Shown: positions 43,215-53,418 of the stretch, piece by piece | Layout: each line of letters begins with the position of its first letter | How positions within the stretch are numbered: position 1 is the stretch's first letter | Assembly: GCA_030704615.1 (NCBI GenBank) | Contig: CM060733.1 | Span: 17,360,001 to 17,424,000, forward strand | Reading direction: 5' to 3' | Source of the DNA: Takakia lepidozioides | Taxonomy: Eukaryota > Plantae > Bryophyta | Length of the DNA stretch: 64,000 nucleotides | Notes under the pieces: model-generated | The model's input: the letters and a program-made list of their open reading frames with translations, nothing else | Databases searched by the model: none | Told to the model about the DNA's origin: nothing | Program-made: the position numbers and the translations under genes

Positions 43215-46200
43215 TTCTGAGTAAATCCGGAGCGGTCATAGATGGCCGCAAGAGAGTAGTCACGCTGCCATGTGGGAATGGTGGCGAGGTCTTACGAGTG
43301 TCGAAAACGCCCAAATCCGTGGGAGGGCGAATAAGCCTTCTGTCAGCAAGGGAGTGGGCCGTGGAGGAGGCACACGAACCCCAGTTTTTGCTTTACATTA
43401 GAGAAGTGAAGGGAGAAGGCGATGGGGAGACGAACCCAGATTGGATCAAGGGGATTTTGGAGAAATACCAGGATGTGATGCCGGAGGATTTACCAAGCGG
43501 CTTCCACCGCGAAGAGGAGTTGACCACGAGATTGAGGTGATACCGGGATCAGAACCGCCTGCCAAGGCACCCTACCGGTTGAGCCACAGAGAGTTGGTCG
43601 AGCTGAAGACTCAGCTCAAGGATCTAATGTCAAAGGGGTACATCCGGCCGAGTAAGTCACCTTACGGAGCCCCGGTGCTATTCGCAGACAAGAAGGATGG
43701 GACGCTGCGGATGTGTGTCGATTACAGGGCTCTGAATAAGGTGACTATCAAAAACCGGTACCCTTTGCCAAGGATTGACGACCTCTTCAATCGGTTGGCA
43801 GGAGCGAAGTATTTCAGCCGGATCGACTTGCGCTCCGGCTATCATCAAATTCGGGTGGCGGAAGGAGATGAGGAGAAGACCGCGTGCAGGACAAGGTATG
43901 GTTCATATGAGTTCTTTGTGATGCCTTTTGGGCTCACCAATGCACCAGCGACCTTTAGCACGCTGATGAACAGCCTTTTTCAGGAGTGGTTGGATGACTT
44001 TGTGATCGTGTACATCGACGACATCTTGGTGTACTCGAAAACAAAGGAGGAGCACCTGGAGCACCTCAAAAGGATGTTCCAAAAGTTGCGGGAAGGGAAG
44101 CTGTACGCCAAAGCTTCAGAGTGCGAATTCGGGGTCACGAAAGTGGAGTTCTTGGGGCATGTGATTACACAGGATGGGATCAAAATGGATGACAGAAAGG
44201 TGAGGGCGATCTTGGACTGGGAGCCTCCGACTTTGGTCCCGAGAGTGCGATCCTTCCTAGGACTCGCCTCCTATTACCGGAAGTATGTAAGAAATTTTGC
44301 CAAGATCGCGGGCCGCTGTCGGACCTTCTGTGTAAATCCAAAGTCTGGGTATGGAACACATTTTGTGGCCAAGCTTTTGCTGAATTGAAGCAGCGGATGG
44401 CGGAAGCTCCAGTCTTGAAAATCCCGGAGTTCGATCGTCCATTTGAGATTCATACAGATGCGTCGGACTTCGCGATTGGGGGTGTACTTATGCAAGATGG
44501 ACGTCCAGTGGCTTACGAAAATAAGAAACTGAATGAAGTGGAGCGATGGTGGCATACGCACGAAAAAGAGATGAAGGCGGTGGTGCATTGCCTTGAGCTT
44601 TGGCGCCACTATGTTGGTTCCAACCCAGTGAAGGTGTTCACGGACAATGTCACGGTGAAGTATTTTGCCACGCAGCCCAAGTTGTCCCCAAAACAACTTA
44701 GGTGGCAAGATACTTTGGCGGTGTTCGATGTGGATATCCAGTACAAACCGGGACAAGACAACGTGGTGGCCGATGCTTTAAGTAGAAAGCAGCAGCTCTT
44801 GTTGGTGTACAAGGGCGAGACGGCGCTCCAAAGGAAGATCCGAAAGGCTTGCCGGAAGGATGAGCTGGCGAAGTCCGTGATGCAGGACTTGAGGATGGGG
44901 GTTAAATCGCAGTTCCACTTGCAAAATGGACTGCTCCGGTATAAGCAAAAACGTCTCTACGTGCCAAAGGGAGGGATCAGAGATAGCCTCTTGAGAGAAT
45001 GCCATGATAGCCCGCTTGCGGGCCACGGCGGAGGCAAGCGCACTGCGGCACTCTTGAAGAAAGAGTATTTCTGGCCCAAACTGAGGGAGGAGGCAGAGGA
45101 GTATGTCAAGACATGCACCACATGCCAACAAAACCGGAGCGAGTACAAAAAGCAAGCGGCGCTGTTACAACCCTTGCCGATTCCAAAGGGGACTTGGGAA
45201 AGCGTCTCGATGGATTTCATGACTGCTATGCCGCTGTCAAAAGGATTCGATGCAATCATGGTGGTGGTGGATAGGTTCAGTAAAATGGGCCATTTCATCC
45301 CCACCAAGGAGACGGCAACGGCGCAGGAGACAGGGCGACTTTACTTTGCCCACGTCTTAAAGCATCATGGAGTCCTGAAGGATATTGTCTCGGATCGCGA
45401 TCCAAAGTTTACGAGTAAATTTTGGAGGCACTTTGGAAGAAGATGGGGACGAGGCTGAAGATGAGCACCGCCTTCCGACCTACGACCGACGGCCAAACAG
45501 AAAGGGTGAATTCCGTAGTGAAGCAGATCTTGCGGAATTACGTGTCGGCAGACCAAACAGACTGGGTGGAACACTTAGACGCGGCAGAATTCTGTTATAA
45601 TAACACAGAACACTCCGCAACGGGAGTTTCCCCTTTTGTATTGGTCTATGGAAAAGCACCTCTGGTGCCGACAAGTTAGGCTGCCCAGGACGTTGAGGAA
45701 CCGGCAGTAGCGGCGGTACTGGAAGAACGCGAGCGTTTGTTGAAGCTCGCAAAGTACAACATTGCCAAAGCCAGGAAACGGTATGAAAGGCAGGCGAATC
45801 GGAAGCGGAGGGAAGTGAAGTTTGAGGCAGGCACAGAGGTCTGGTTGAACATCAAGAATTTTCGACTACCTCCGGAAGTGAGTCTGAAGTTCGTACCTCC
45901 GTATGCGGGACCCTTTCGCATTCGGAAGGTTATGAATGAGGATGTGTATGAATTGGAGCTGCCGGCAAACAGCAAGGTGCACCCAGTATTCCATGTCTCC
46001 CTTTTGAAGCCTTACTTCAAAGATGAAGCGCGTCCGAATCGGCATCAAGTGTTGCGTCCGCCACCTATGCTGTTGGATCATGAAAATGAACCTGAGTACG
46101 AGGTGGAGGCAATACTTAAGTCGAGGAGGTTCAAGAACCGAGAAAAACGGAGTATCTCGTCAAATGGAAGGGCTATCATCATGTGGAAGCATCTTGGGTG

Positions 46201-47221
46201 CGTGCCTCAGAAATGGGAAACGCATCCGAGGCGGTTCCAGCTTTCGAAGGGCGACCTCAAAAGCGGAAGAAACGTTGATGGGGATATCAACCTTGGAGCG
46301 TGGGGGAGGAAATGCATGCCTAGCCCGGCTTAGCTAGCTTAGGAATCCGATTACTTAAGCTTGTATTGTACAAAAATTTGTTATAAAGGAAATGGGTTCC
46401 AAATGTTGTGCGTCATATTTTGTTTGGAATGGTTATGCATGGTATGGTTGGCTAGTGTGTAGAATGCATGCTAGCTTATAAAAGTGGGAGAGGTAAATTG
46501 GGTTAATCGTGTGTTTGCGTAGTGCCGAAATCGGGTGACCCCCATCCAAGGGGCAAGGAAACTTGCGTCTTCTTTGGGAGTTCACGTGCTAGTGTGCACC
46601 TGGCGCGTGCGCGTACTATAACTGCGCTACCGAGGGGGTTGCCTTGTAGTGCGGGCTAATGCGGAAGCTACGTGCTTCCGTTCACGTACTATAATCGTGT
46701 AGCCTCGGGACGAAGTCGTAGTGCGGCTTCGGCGTGTTCCCGTACCTCAGGCCAGCATTCCAAGGCGGACCCAATTGTAGTGATTGGGGCGCACGGTTGG
46801 TTCAAGGTTATCTTCCTAGTCAAAGAGGGTTCCAGGGAACCCTTGCTCAAGGTGATGCCAAAAGCGGCATCATGAGCGATCGCAAGCAATGTTGTTGCAG
46901 TAAGGCGATTCGATCCTTGGGGAGGATCGTTCCTTGGCCTTGAAGTAGGCCAAGAAGAGTGCACTGGGAGGAGCTGGAGAGGCTCCACCCTTGGCCGGGA
47001 CTTGGAGGAAGTCGGCCGAACTAGCTAGTGGAGAGTAGAGTCAAGTGTGGGGTTTGGTTCTTTGCCATGGGACGCCATGGTGCGGAAACAAACTCCTTGA
47101 TGTGGGACGCCACAGCTTGGATGTTCGTTTCTACAAAATGGACAAGTCGATGAGGACATCGACTCCCTGTTGGTAGGGGTGTGTGTCGCGACCCTTTGCC
47201 TTGAGGGCAGGGGGTCGGGAC
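43215..47221 (+). mobile_element. 5'-truncated Ty3/Gypsy chromovirus, same family as 33688-38919, retaining integrase and chromodomain
   Basis: RT YIDD, RNase H TDAS, integrase HHCC and SMDF/SDRD/GQTE, chromodomain EYEVEAIL...KWKGY (frameshifted). PPT, then an LTR starting at 47184 and cut off at 47221. Confidence 0.93.
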
Positions 47222-48174
47222 TGTCGCGCGGCTTTTACTCACCCATCCCTTCGCTATCCGAGGCGGAAACTCCAAGATAGAAGAGTTGGAAATCTCTAAG
47301 TACTCAGCCCGCGCAGAACAATCAGTCATGACCTACAGCTAGTGTATCATGGGGGTGTTTCCTATTTGTTTCCCTTTTCGCATTCATCTTAGCTACCTTA
47401 CCATTGATAATTAAGTATTAGTTTGCTTCATCAATCTATCGGTTTTCTTCACTCATCCATTCAATCCACAGCTTCTCTCAGATCTCTCTACACAGTGTGA
47501 TTGTATCTTATAAGTATCAGATTATGATTTATCAGGTATCAGGCCGAAGCCATTATGTCTCTAATCTGCTCTCCAATATCACTACAGCTTTGCATATAAC
47601 AAGCATCTACTAATCCTCTTTTCTCCTTCACCGTGCTCTCCATCTCTTGCCTCCGATCTCCGCTCCAGCCTGACTCAGAAGTCCTCCCCGAATAATGATC
47701 ATCCTCCTTCATTCCCCCTTTCTCCATTTATCCTCCTATCCGCTGTTCTAACCGTTTCCCTCTCTAACCGTCGTCTGTGAACTAACATGTTCCCTTCACA
47801 GGTGTTGTTCCCCACAGTCGTTCCCTATTATCGTGACAGCTGTGTCAAGCGGTGACTGGCTGTGTTTGGCTGTGTCGGGCTGTGACTGGCTGTGTGGCTG
47901 TGCCGGGCTGTGACTGGCTGTGTGGGCTGTGTCTGCTGTGACGACTGTGTGGGCTGTGTGGGCTGTGTGGGCTGTGACGACTGTGACGGGCTGTGTCGGC
48001 TGTGACAACTGTGTAACCCCCCTCTACAGTGCGCTGCTGTCACCCCTAAGGCTCCTGTTGGTCTCAGTCTGTGCAAAAATTAAGGGTACCCTACAGATCC
48101 CGTATAAGTGTCTAAGTCCCCTACAGTCCTCTAACATTACCCCTTCCCCCCTCAAAAAGCCGTGTCCTCACGGT

Positions 48175-51100
48175 TTACTGTTTCCGAGTAGCAAACCTTT
48201 GTGAGTGAGCACCTTGTTGACGTTGAGAGTTTCGTGGTGGACTGTGTGTACGAGCCCGAGGTCTGTCTCTGGTTGATGGAGATGGTTGATCACTACCTGG
48301 ATAAGTGAGGCCTTCTGGAGGCTGATATCGAGGTAATCTTTCCGGCATAGGAGATCCCCTTTGTTTCTTCTCTTCCATCTGAATTGCATAGTCTTCTCCC
48401 ATGTCAAAAGAATTCTGTGAAGAAACAGTTGTATCAGAATCCTCATCGCCTCTCAGGTGTTTTAATTTTCGAACTTTTTGTGGAATCATCTGGGGCATAC
48501 AATGCTGTCCTACCATGTCTGGAAGTTTGTATTTTACAACTTGGTGTAACCGCTGAACAGCAAAATTGGTGTAGGCACTGAGCTCCTTGTCTGTCCAGAT
48601 GAGTGGGGTACCAATTACTGGTGCAGCGTGCAAGTACTTCCATGCCACATGTCCCTTATAGAAAATGTCATCAAGTCCGAATTTCTGTGTTGACAAATGG
48701 TTGCAGGCTGCTTGAAACCATGAACGAATTTGAGAATCCTTCTGCATCATAACTTTTGGGTCATATAGGTACATATGAGGTGGCACCGAAGGTAATACCC
48801 AATGATCTCCACTGGAGTAACTTTGAAAGCGTGTTTGCATCTTTTGTTGCTCAATGTGGTAACGTACCAGAAAACAAGCAGCGTAGTATAGCCCGCACCC
48901 CATGACAATACTTGCTATCTCCTTGGTCTTGGTATAAATGAGTCCATGTACAACCTGGAAAGCAACCAATTCCCTCAACATGGTACCTGCCTCGTGCCAG
49001 TATTGTGCAAAGTGATGATCTTCAATATGTCGATTGTTTGGAAGAACTTTAGTCCTAGTTGCCACTGGCAGCCAAATACGCATGATTTGGTAGTAATGTG
49101 CGAATGACTGCGGAGGACTAAATTCTTTCCAAGCCAAATCCAACATGATGGGAATTTGGTTGAAGGGCATAAGCATAGCCCTGCTGTACTCCCTTGCAGC
49201 TGGAGTTTTAGGTGGGTTAAAAGCGGCATTGCCCCATACCTCCGGCTGTGGTGTGGTTGTAGTAACCACAGGTTCAGCTACTGGTACACTGACCTGTTGT
49301 GGTGGTGGTGGTACTGGCTCCTGTATCATTGGCATCTCCTGCACCTCCTGTGAAGACTGAAAAGCCAAAGTTCTGGCTTGTAAATAAGAAGCCATTAGCT
49401 GTTCCTGAGGGATATAGACTCTTTGGTCGATGTTTGAAGTGAGGTCTTCCACTTGAGTCTGGAGTCCGTCTACATCCTCTTGTAACTCTGCTATCCTACT
49501 ATAGACATTGTCTATAGTAGTTGTGGCAATGTTCTGCACCTGCAGCCTGAGCTCATTCATCTCGCTTTGGGTGAGCTTCCGTGGGCTTTTGCCCTCTACT
49601 GGCCCTTGTGCTAACCAGACCTGCATAAGGCTGTTATCCACCAAGCTGCTTGTGGTTCCCCTGAGAGTTTGCTCCTCTCTTAGCTTGTACAATTCCAACT
49701 GCTGTTGTAAAGCCTCCATGCGCTTCGCCTGTGGCTCAACCAATTGCGCATAGGCAGCAAGTAGATTATTGGCTTCCTTCGAAGCCTTGTTACTGACCGC
49801 GATTTCATTTCTATTGGCCACGATGGTTTGTTGCAACTCCACGATGTGTTTCTCTTGATCAGCTTCCCTCTGCCTGTATTGCTTGAAAGTATCTTCATGG
49901 CGACAGATTGTATTCTTCATATCGACAATGAGCTTCATTTGCTCAACATTCTCTTCTTCTGCCTTCGTACATTTTTCCGCTTGACTGTTTATTTCTTTTG
50001 TTGATTGGTCAAGCATAGTTGTAAATGTAGCACATTGTATCGCCATCCTGTTATGCACTGTCTGCAACTCCGTATGTAGTGCATTCAGTTCTTGCAACTT
50101 GCTTTCATGCTGCACCTGCATTTGGTATAGCTGTTGCTTATGTGCTTCGTGCAACTGGTCTTGCGCGAGGCCTGCCTCAATCAATTGTTGCTTGGCCAAC
50201 TGCAAAGCCATTTCTGTATTGCCCAAGTCCTGCTTCATCTTGAGAGTGACCTCTTCATCGACCTTGTTTGCACACTCAGTGGCAAGTCGAGCCTCAAACT
50301 CCTTCCTGAGTTCCTCTTTCAAGGCTGTCAATTGGGTAATTGGAACATGGGATTTGACATAAGTCCCCAACAAATTAAGTGTCCTGCCTATGGAACTCAT
50401 CAGCATTGCCTGTTGAGGGTCATCATGGTGAGGTTGCTGCTGTTCCTCCTGATCTTCAACAGTATGATGTCTCACTAACCATTCAGGCCATTGTCCCACC
50501 GGATTTTCTTCCTGAACTACTTCATCTATGACTGGTGTTACAGTGTCATGACCTTCCGCCTGTGGTACCTCCGACACAGGTGTGTGTATTATATGCACCT
50601 CAGGATTTCCCTTGGGCAACTGTTGCACCTCTGGAATTTCTGTCTCCTTGACCAGACCAGAATATTCATAGAGAAGGTCCCCTTTCTCTATTTCTGCCAC
50701 TATCTGTTCTGTAGTTGGAATATCTATCCCTTCACTTTCCAAATCAATTATTTCGGGTTGAGCTGCATGGATAACTTGTGACCTTGTGACAAGTCGTTCA
50801 AGTGGCTGTGTTGGCTGTGATGCAGAAGTAACTTCCTCCTCCCTCTCTGAAGGTCCTGCTTCCAGTAATAGCATTTGTCTGTGCTGCTGTGCCCCTTCCT
50901 GGCCATGAGCTTGGGAAACATTATCATGCGGAATCCGTGAAGCCAGTGGATCCGCCACTACAGTCTTTCCCCTTCTCTGCCTCTTAGTCTCGGGTTGTGC
51001 TGCTAGTCCACCCTCACTGTGTGAAGAGCCTTGCTCTTCCATTGCAGTTGTTTCTGGCTCAAACACTCCCATTTCCTTCCTTTCTTGTGCATTAAGTATG

Positions 51101-53418
51101 CCAGAATTAAGGATTATTTGAGCAATGATTGGGCCAGACACTATGATAGGAGACTTTGCGGTAGTACCTTGTAATCTTTTCATCTCCTCTACTAGTGCGT
51201 TGTACATTATGTCCGCCCATTGTACCTCTTGTCCCTTCAGGCCTTTGAGTATTTCCTCTGTGAAGGATCTGCTCAAATATTGTTGGTTCTGTTTCAGGGC
51301 AATCAGAACGTTCAATACCTGGCCTATCTCTTTTAACCCTGGGTACACAGCTTTGGTACAAGCATAACCCTGAGTTTTAAAGAAACTCCCTTCTTGGAAT
51401 AAGTCCCCTATTTGCAGTCTTGCCCTGTGTTCCCCCACATGCACCTGACCTGCTGGCAATCGAAACAATTGCTGGAGGTATAGGGGAGTAATCATTAATT
51501 CAACTCCCTTCACCGTTGTTGTTCCTGTCCTTGGCTCAAAGTTCTGCAAAAATTGTAACATGTACTGTCTATGGTGTAGTGTCCAATCCAGGCTTTGCAA
51601 TCCTTCCAATCTCAGCTCCTCCAGTATCTTTATCGCCTGTGGGGTAGCCATCGTTTGTTTCTGCAGAATTGTGGTGCTCTTCACCCTGATTTCCTCCATT
51701 CCTCTCACTCTCTTCATCTTAGACTCACAGAACTGCTTTGGCTGTAACAACTGCAGGAATGCCTGTAGTGCACAAAGCATAAACGTATGGTTGCCGCAGA
51801 AAGCTATGGGTAATCTCTTGTAAGCCTGCGGGGCTTGCAAGCATTGCTCAAGAGAAAAGCTCTGCTCTGTCGTTTCGTGTCTATGCCACTGCGTAAGTAA
51901 TATTGCGAGCGTATAGTCTGTTAGTTCCTCCATAGTTTCCAAGTTATAGCATTTATGGCCTGTCCTGTCGAGACGCCCGTTACTCAGAACGACGCCGCCT
52001 CTTGCGCTCAATTTCCCTCCATTTTCTTGATCATTTCTCTGGTTTTCTATTGGCTGTATCCGCTGTGACTGGATTTTAACTTTTATCTTCTTTAGTGGAC
52101 TTTCCCTGTTGGATAGTCCACTAGGATCACACATGCGACATGAATTCGGCTTTTCTGTACTTGCCGTTCGTTCCGTTTCCCTTTTTCCGTATTCATTAAT
52201 GGGCCCGCCTTTCATCCCATTTGACGGCCGTTCTTGTCCTCTTTCTTTTTGACACCTGTCCTTGCACTTCATTCTCTGCTGTGTGTCGCCCCCTGACCTC
52301 CACGTGTCTATTTTTAAAGTAATTTCCGTTTCCTCTTCCGTCATCCATTTTCCTGAAGTTATTATGTGTCCACTTGTCACTGATTCTATGGATGGTGTAA
52401 CTTTAGTAGGCTGTGTTGAGCTGTGACAGGCTGTGTCATACTGTGTTACCCTGTGATAGGCTGTGATGCACTGTGGTAAGCTGTGATAGGCTGTGACACG
52501 CTGTGGTAGGTTGTTATAGGCTGTGTTGCGCCGTGCTGGGCTGTGGTTGGCTGTGTCACGTCGTGACGGGCTGTGGTTGGCTGTGTCACGTCGTGATGGG
52601 CTGTGGTTGGCTGTGTCACGTCGTGATGGGCTGTGGTTGGCTGTGTCACGTCGTGATGGGCTGTGGTTGGCTGTGTCACGTCGTGATGGGCTGTGATAGG
52701 CTGTGTCACGTCGTGATGGGCTGTGATAGGCTGTGTTGCACCTTGGCGGCCTATGATAGGCTGTGTCACGTTTGTTTTGCCCACCCTGGTCGTATATGCT
52801 GGGCCTAGCAACAAGTGTTCCATACTCCGTTCGTAACACTGGTGCAGCCCGTGACTGTTCTTGCGGTTCTATATGCAAATCATGCTGCAGGGGTTTGTCA
52901 TGGATACCACTGTAACCCTTCAACTTATTTGCATTGACTCTTCCCAGCATTTCTTTGTTAATGGTTTGTAACATAGCGGTGTTGTTATCATACATCTTTT
53001 GTATGACATAAGGTCCTTTCCACGGTGATTTAAGCTTAGAAGCTTGAATCTTTTCTTTCTTCTGCAACCATAGAACCAAATCCCCCGTCTTAAAAGTCTT
53101 TAACTTGCCTTCATCAAACTGTTCCTTTCGCTTCATCTGAATTCTGGTCATATTATCAGCTGCATCAGCACGTACTTCTTCCACATGGTATAATTCATGT
53201 TTCCTGACCTTGATGGAGTCTTGCAATTCCATTCTTTTTCCCCACTCCGTTCTCATGGTAGGTAACAGGAATTCCACTGGAAGTAAGGCTTCCATACCAT
53301 AAACTAATTGGAATGGTGTATACTTAGTGGTGACTTTATATGAAGTCCTGTATGACCATAAAGCTGTCAGCAGCTTTGTATCCCAATCCGTTCTGTTTGC
53401 ATTGACTATCTTAGCCAA
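48175..53418 (-). CDS. 1747-aa ORF: integrase C-terminus continuing without a stop into ~1550 aa of accessory sequence
   Basis: WDTKL..ALWSYRT..TPFQLVYG..WKGPY, then 10-aa repeats, a plant-retroelement accessory-like domain (VKGVELMITPLYLQQLFRLP) and a long Q/E-rich coiled coil. Confidence 0.8.
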   Translation of the reverse strand: MAKIVNANRTDWDTKLLTALWSYRTSYKVTTKYTPFQLVYGMEALLPVEFLLPTMRTEWGKRMELQDSIKVRKHELYHVEEVRADAADNMTRIQMKRKEQFDEGKLKTFKTGDLVLWLQKKEKIQASKLKSPWKGPYVIQKMYDNNTAMLQTINKEMLGRVNANKLKGYSGIHDKPLQHDLHIEPQEQSRAAPVLRTEYGTLVARPSIYDQGGQNKRDTAYHRPPRCNTAYHSPSRRDTAYHSPSRRDTANHSPSRRDTANHSPSRRDTANHSPSRRDTANHSPSRRDTANHSPARRNTAYNNLPQRVTAYHSLPQCITAYHRVTQYDTACHSSTQPTKVTPSIESVTSGHIITSGKWMTEEETEITLKIDTWRSGGDTQQRMKCKDRCQKERGQERPSNGMKGGPINEYGKRETERTASTEKPNSCRMCDPSGLSNRESPLKKIKVKIQSQRIQPIENQRNDQENGGKLSARGGVVLSNGRLDRTGHKCYNLETMEELTDYTLAILLTQWHRHETTEQSFSLEQCLQAPQAYKRLPIAFCGNHTFMLCALQAFLQLLQPKQFCESKMKRVRGMEEIRVKSTTILQKQTMATPQAIKILEELRLEGLQSLDWTLHHRQYMLQFLQNFEPRTGTTTVKGVELMITPLYLQQLFRLPAGQVHVGEHRARLQIGDLFQEGSFFKTQGYACTKAVYPGLKEIGQVLNVLIALKQNQQYLSRSFTEEILKGLKGQEVQWADIMYNALVEEMKRLQGTTAKSPIIVSGPIIAQIILNSGILNAQERKEMGVFEPETTAMEEQGSSHSEGGLAAQPETKRQRRGKTVVADPLASRIPHDNVSQAHGQEGAQQHRQMLLLEAGPSEREEEVTSASQPTQPLERLVTRSQVIHAAQPEIIDLESEGIDIPTTEQIVAEIEKGDLLYEYSGLVKETEIPEVQQLPKGNPEVHIIHTPVSEVPQAEGHDTVTPVIDEVVQEENPVGQWPEWLVRHHTVEDQEEQQQPHHDDPQQAMLMSSIGRTLNLLGTYVKSHVPITQLTALKEELRKEFEARLATECANKVDEEVTLKMKQDLGNTEMALQLAKQQLIEAGLAQDQLHEAHKQQLYQMQVQHESKLQELNALHTELQTVHNRMAIQCATFTTMLDQSTKEINSQAEKCTKAEEENVEQMKLIVDMKNTICRHEDTFKQYRQREADQEKHIVELQQTIVANRNEIAVSNKASKEANNLLAAYAQLVEPQAKRMEALQQQLELYKLREEQTLRGTTSSLVDNSLMQVWLAQGPVEGKSPRKLTQSEMNELRLQVQNIATTTIDNVYSRIAELQEDVDGLQTQVEDLTSNIDQRVYIPQEQLMASYLQARTLAFQSSQEVQEMPMIQEPVPPPPQQVSVPVAEPVVTTTTPQPEVWGNAAFNPPKTPAAREYSRAMLMPFNQIPIMLDLAWKEFSPPQSFAHYYQIMRIWLPVATRTKVLPNNRHIEDHHFAQYWHEAGTMLRELVAFQVVHGLIYTKTKEIASIVMGCGLYYAACFLVRYHIEQQKMQTRFQSYSSGDHWVLPSVPPHMYLYDPKVMMQKDSQIRSWFQAACNHLSTQKFGLDDIFYKGHVAWKYLHAAPVIGTPLIWTDKELSAYTNFAVQRLHQVVKYKLPDMVGQHCMPQMIPQKVRKLKHLRGDEDSDTTVSSQNSFDMGEDYAIQMEEKKQRGSPMPERLPRYQPPEGLTYPGSDQPSPSTRDRPRARTHSPPRNSQRQQGAHSQRFATRKQ
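52405..52770. repeat. 30-bp tandem repeat (GGCTGTGTCACGTCGTGATGGGCTGTGGTT) encoding RRDTANHSPS units
   Basis: About 10-12 units, with a homogeneous core at 52540-52730. Confidence 0.95.

Noticed and set aside
48175-53418. Host coiled-coil gene
   Set aside because: It is intronless, begins in integrase sequence and ends just before the PPT/LTR, so it belongs to the retroelement.
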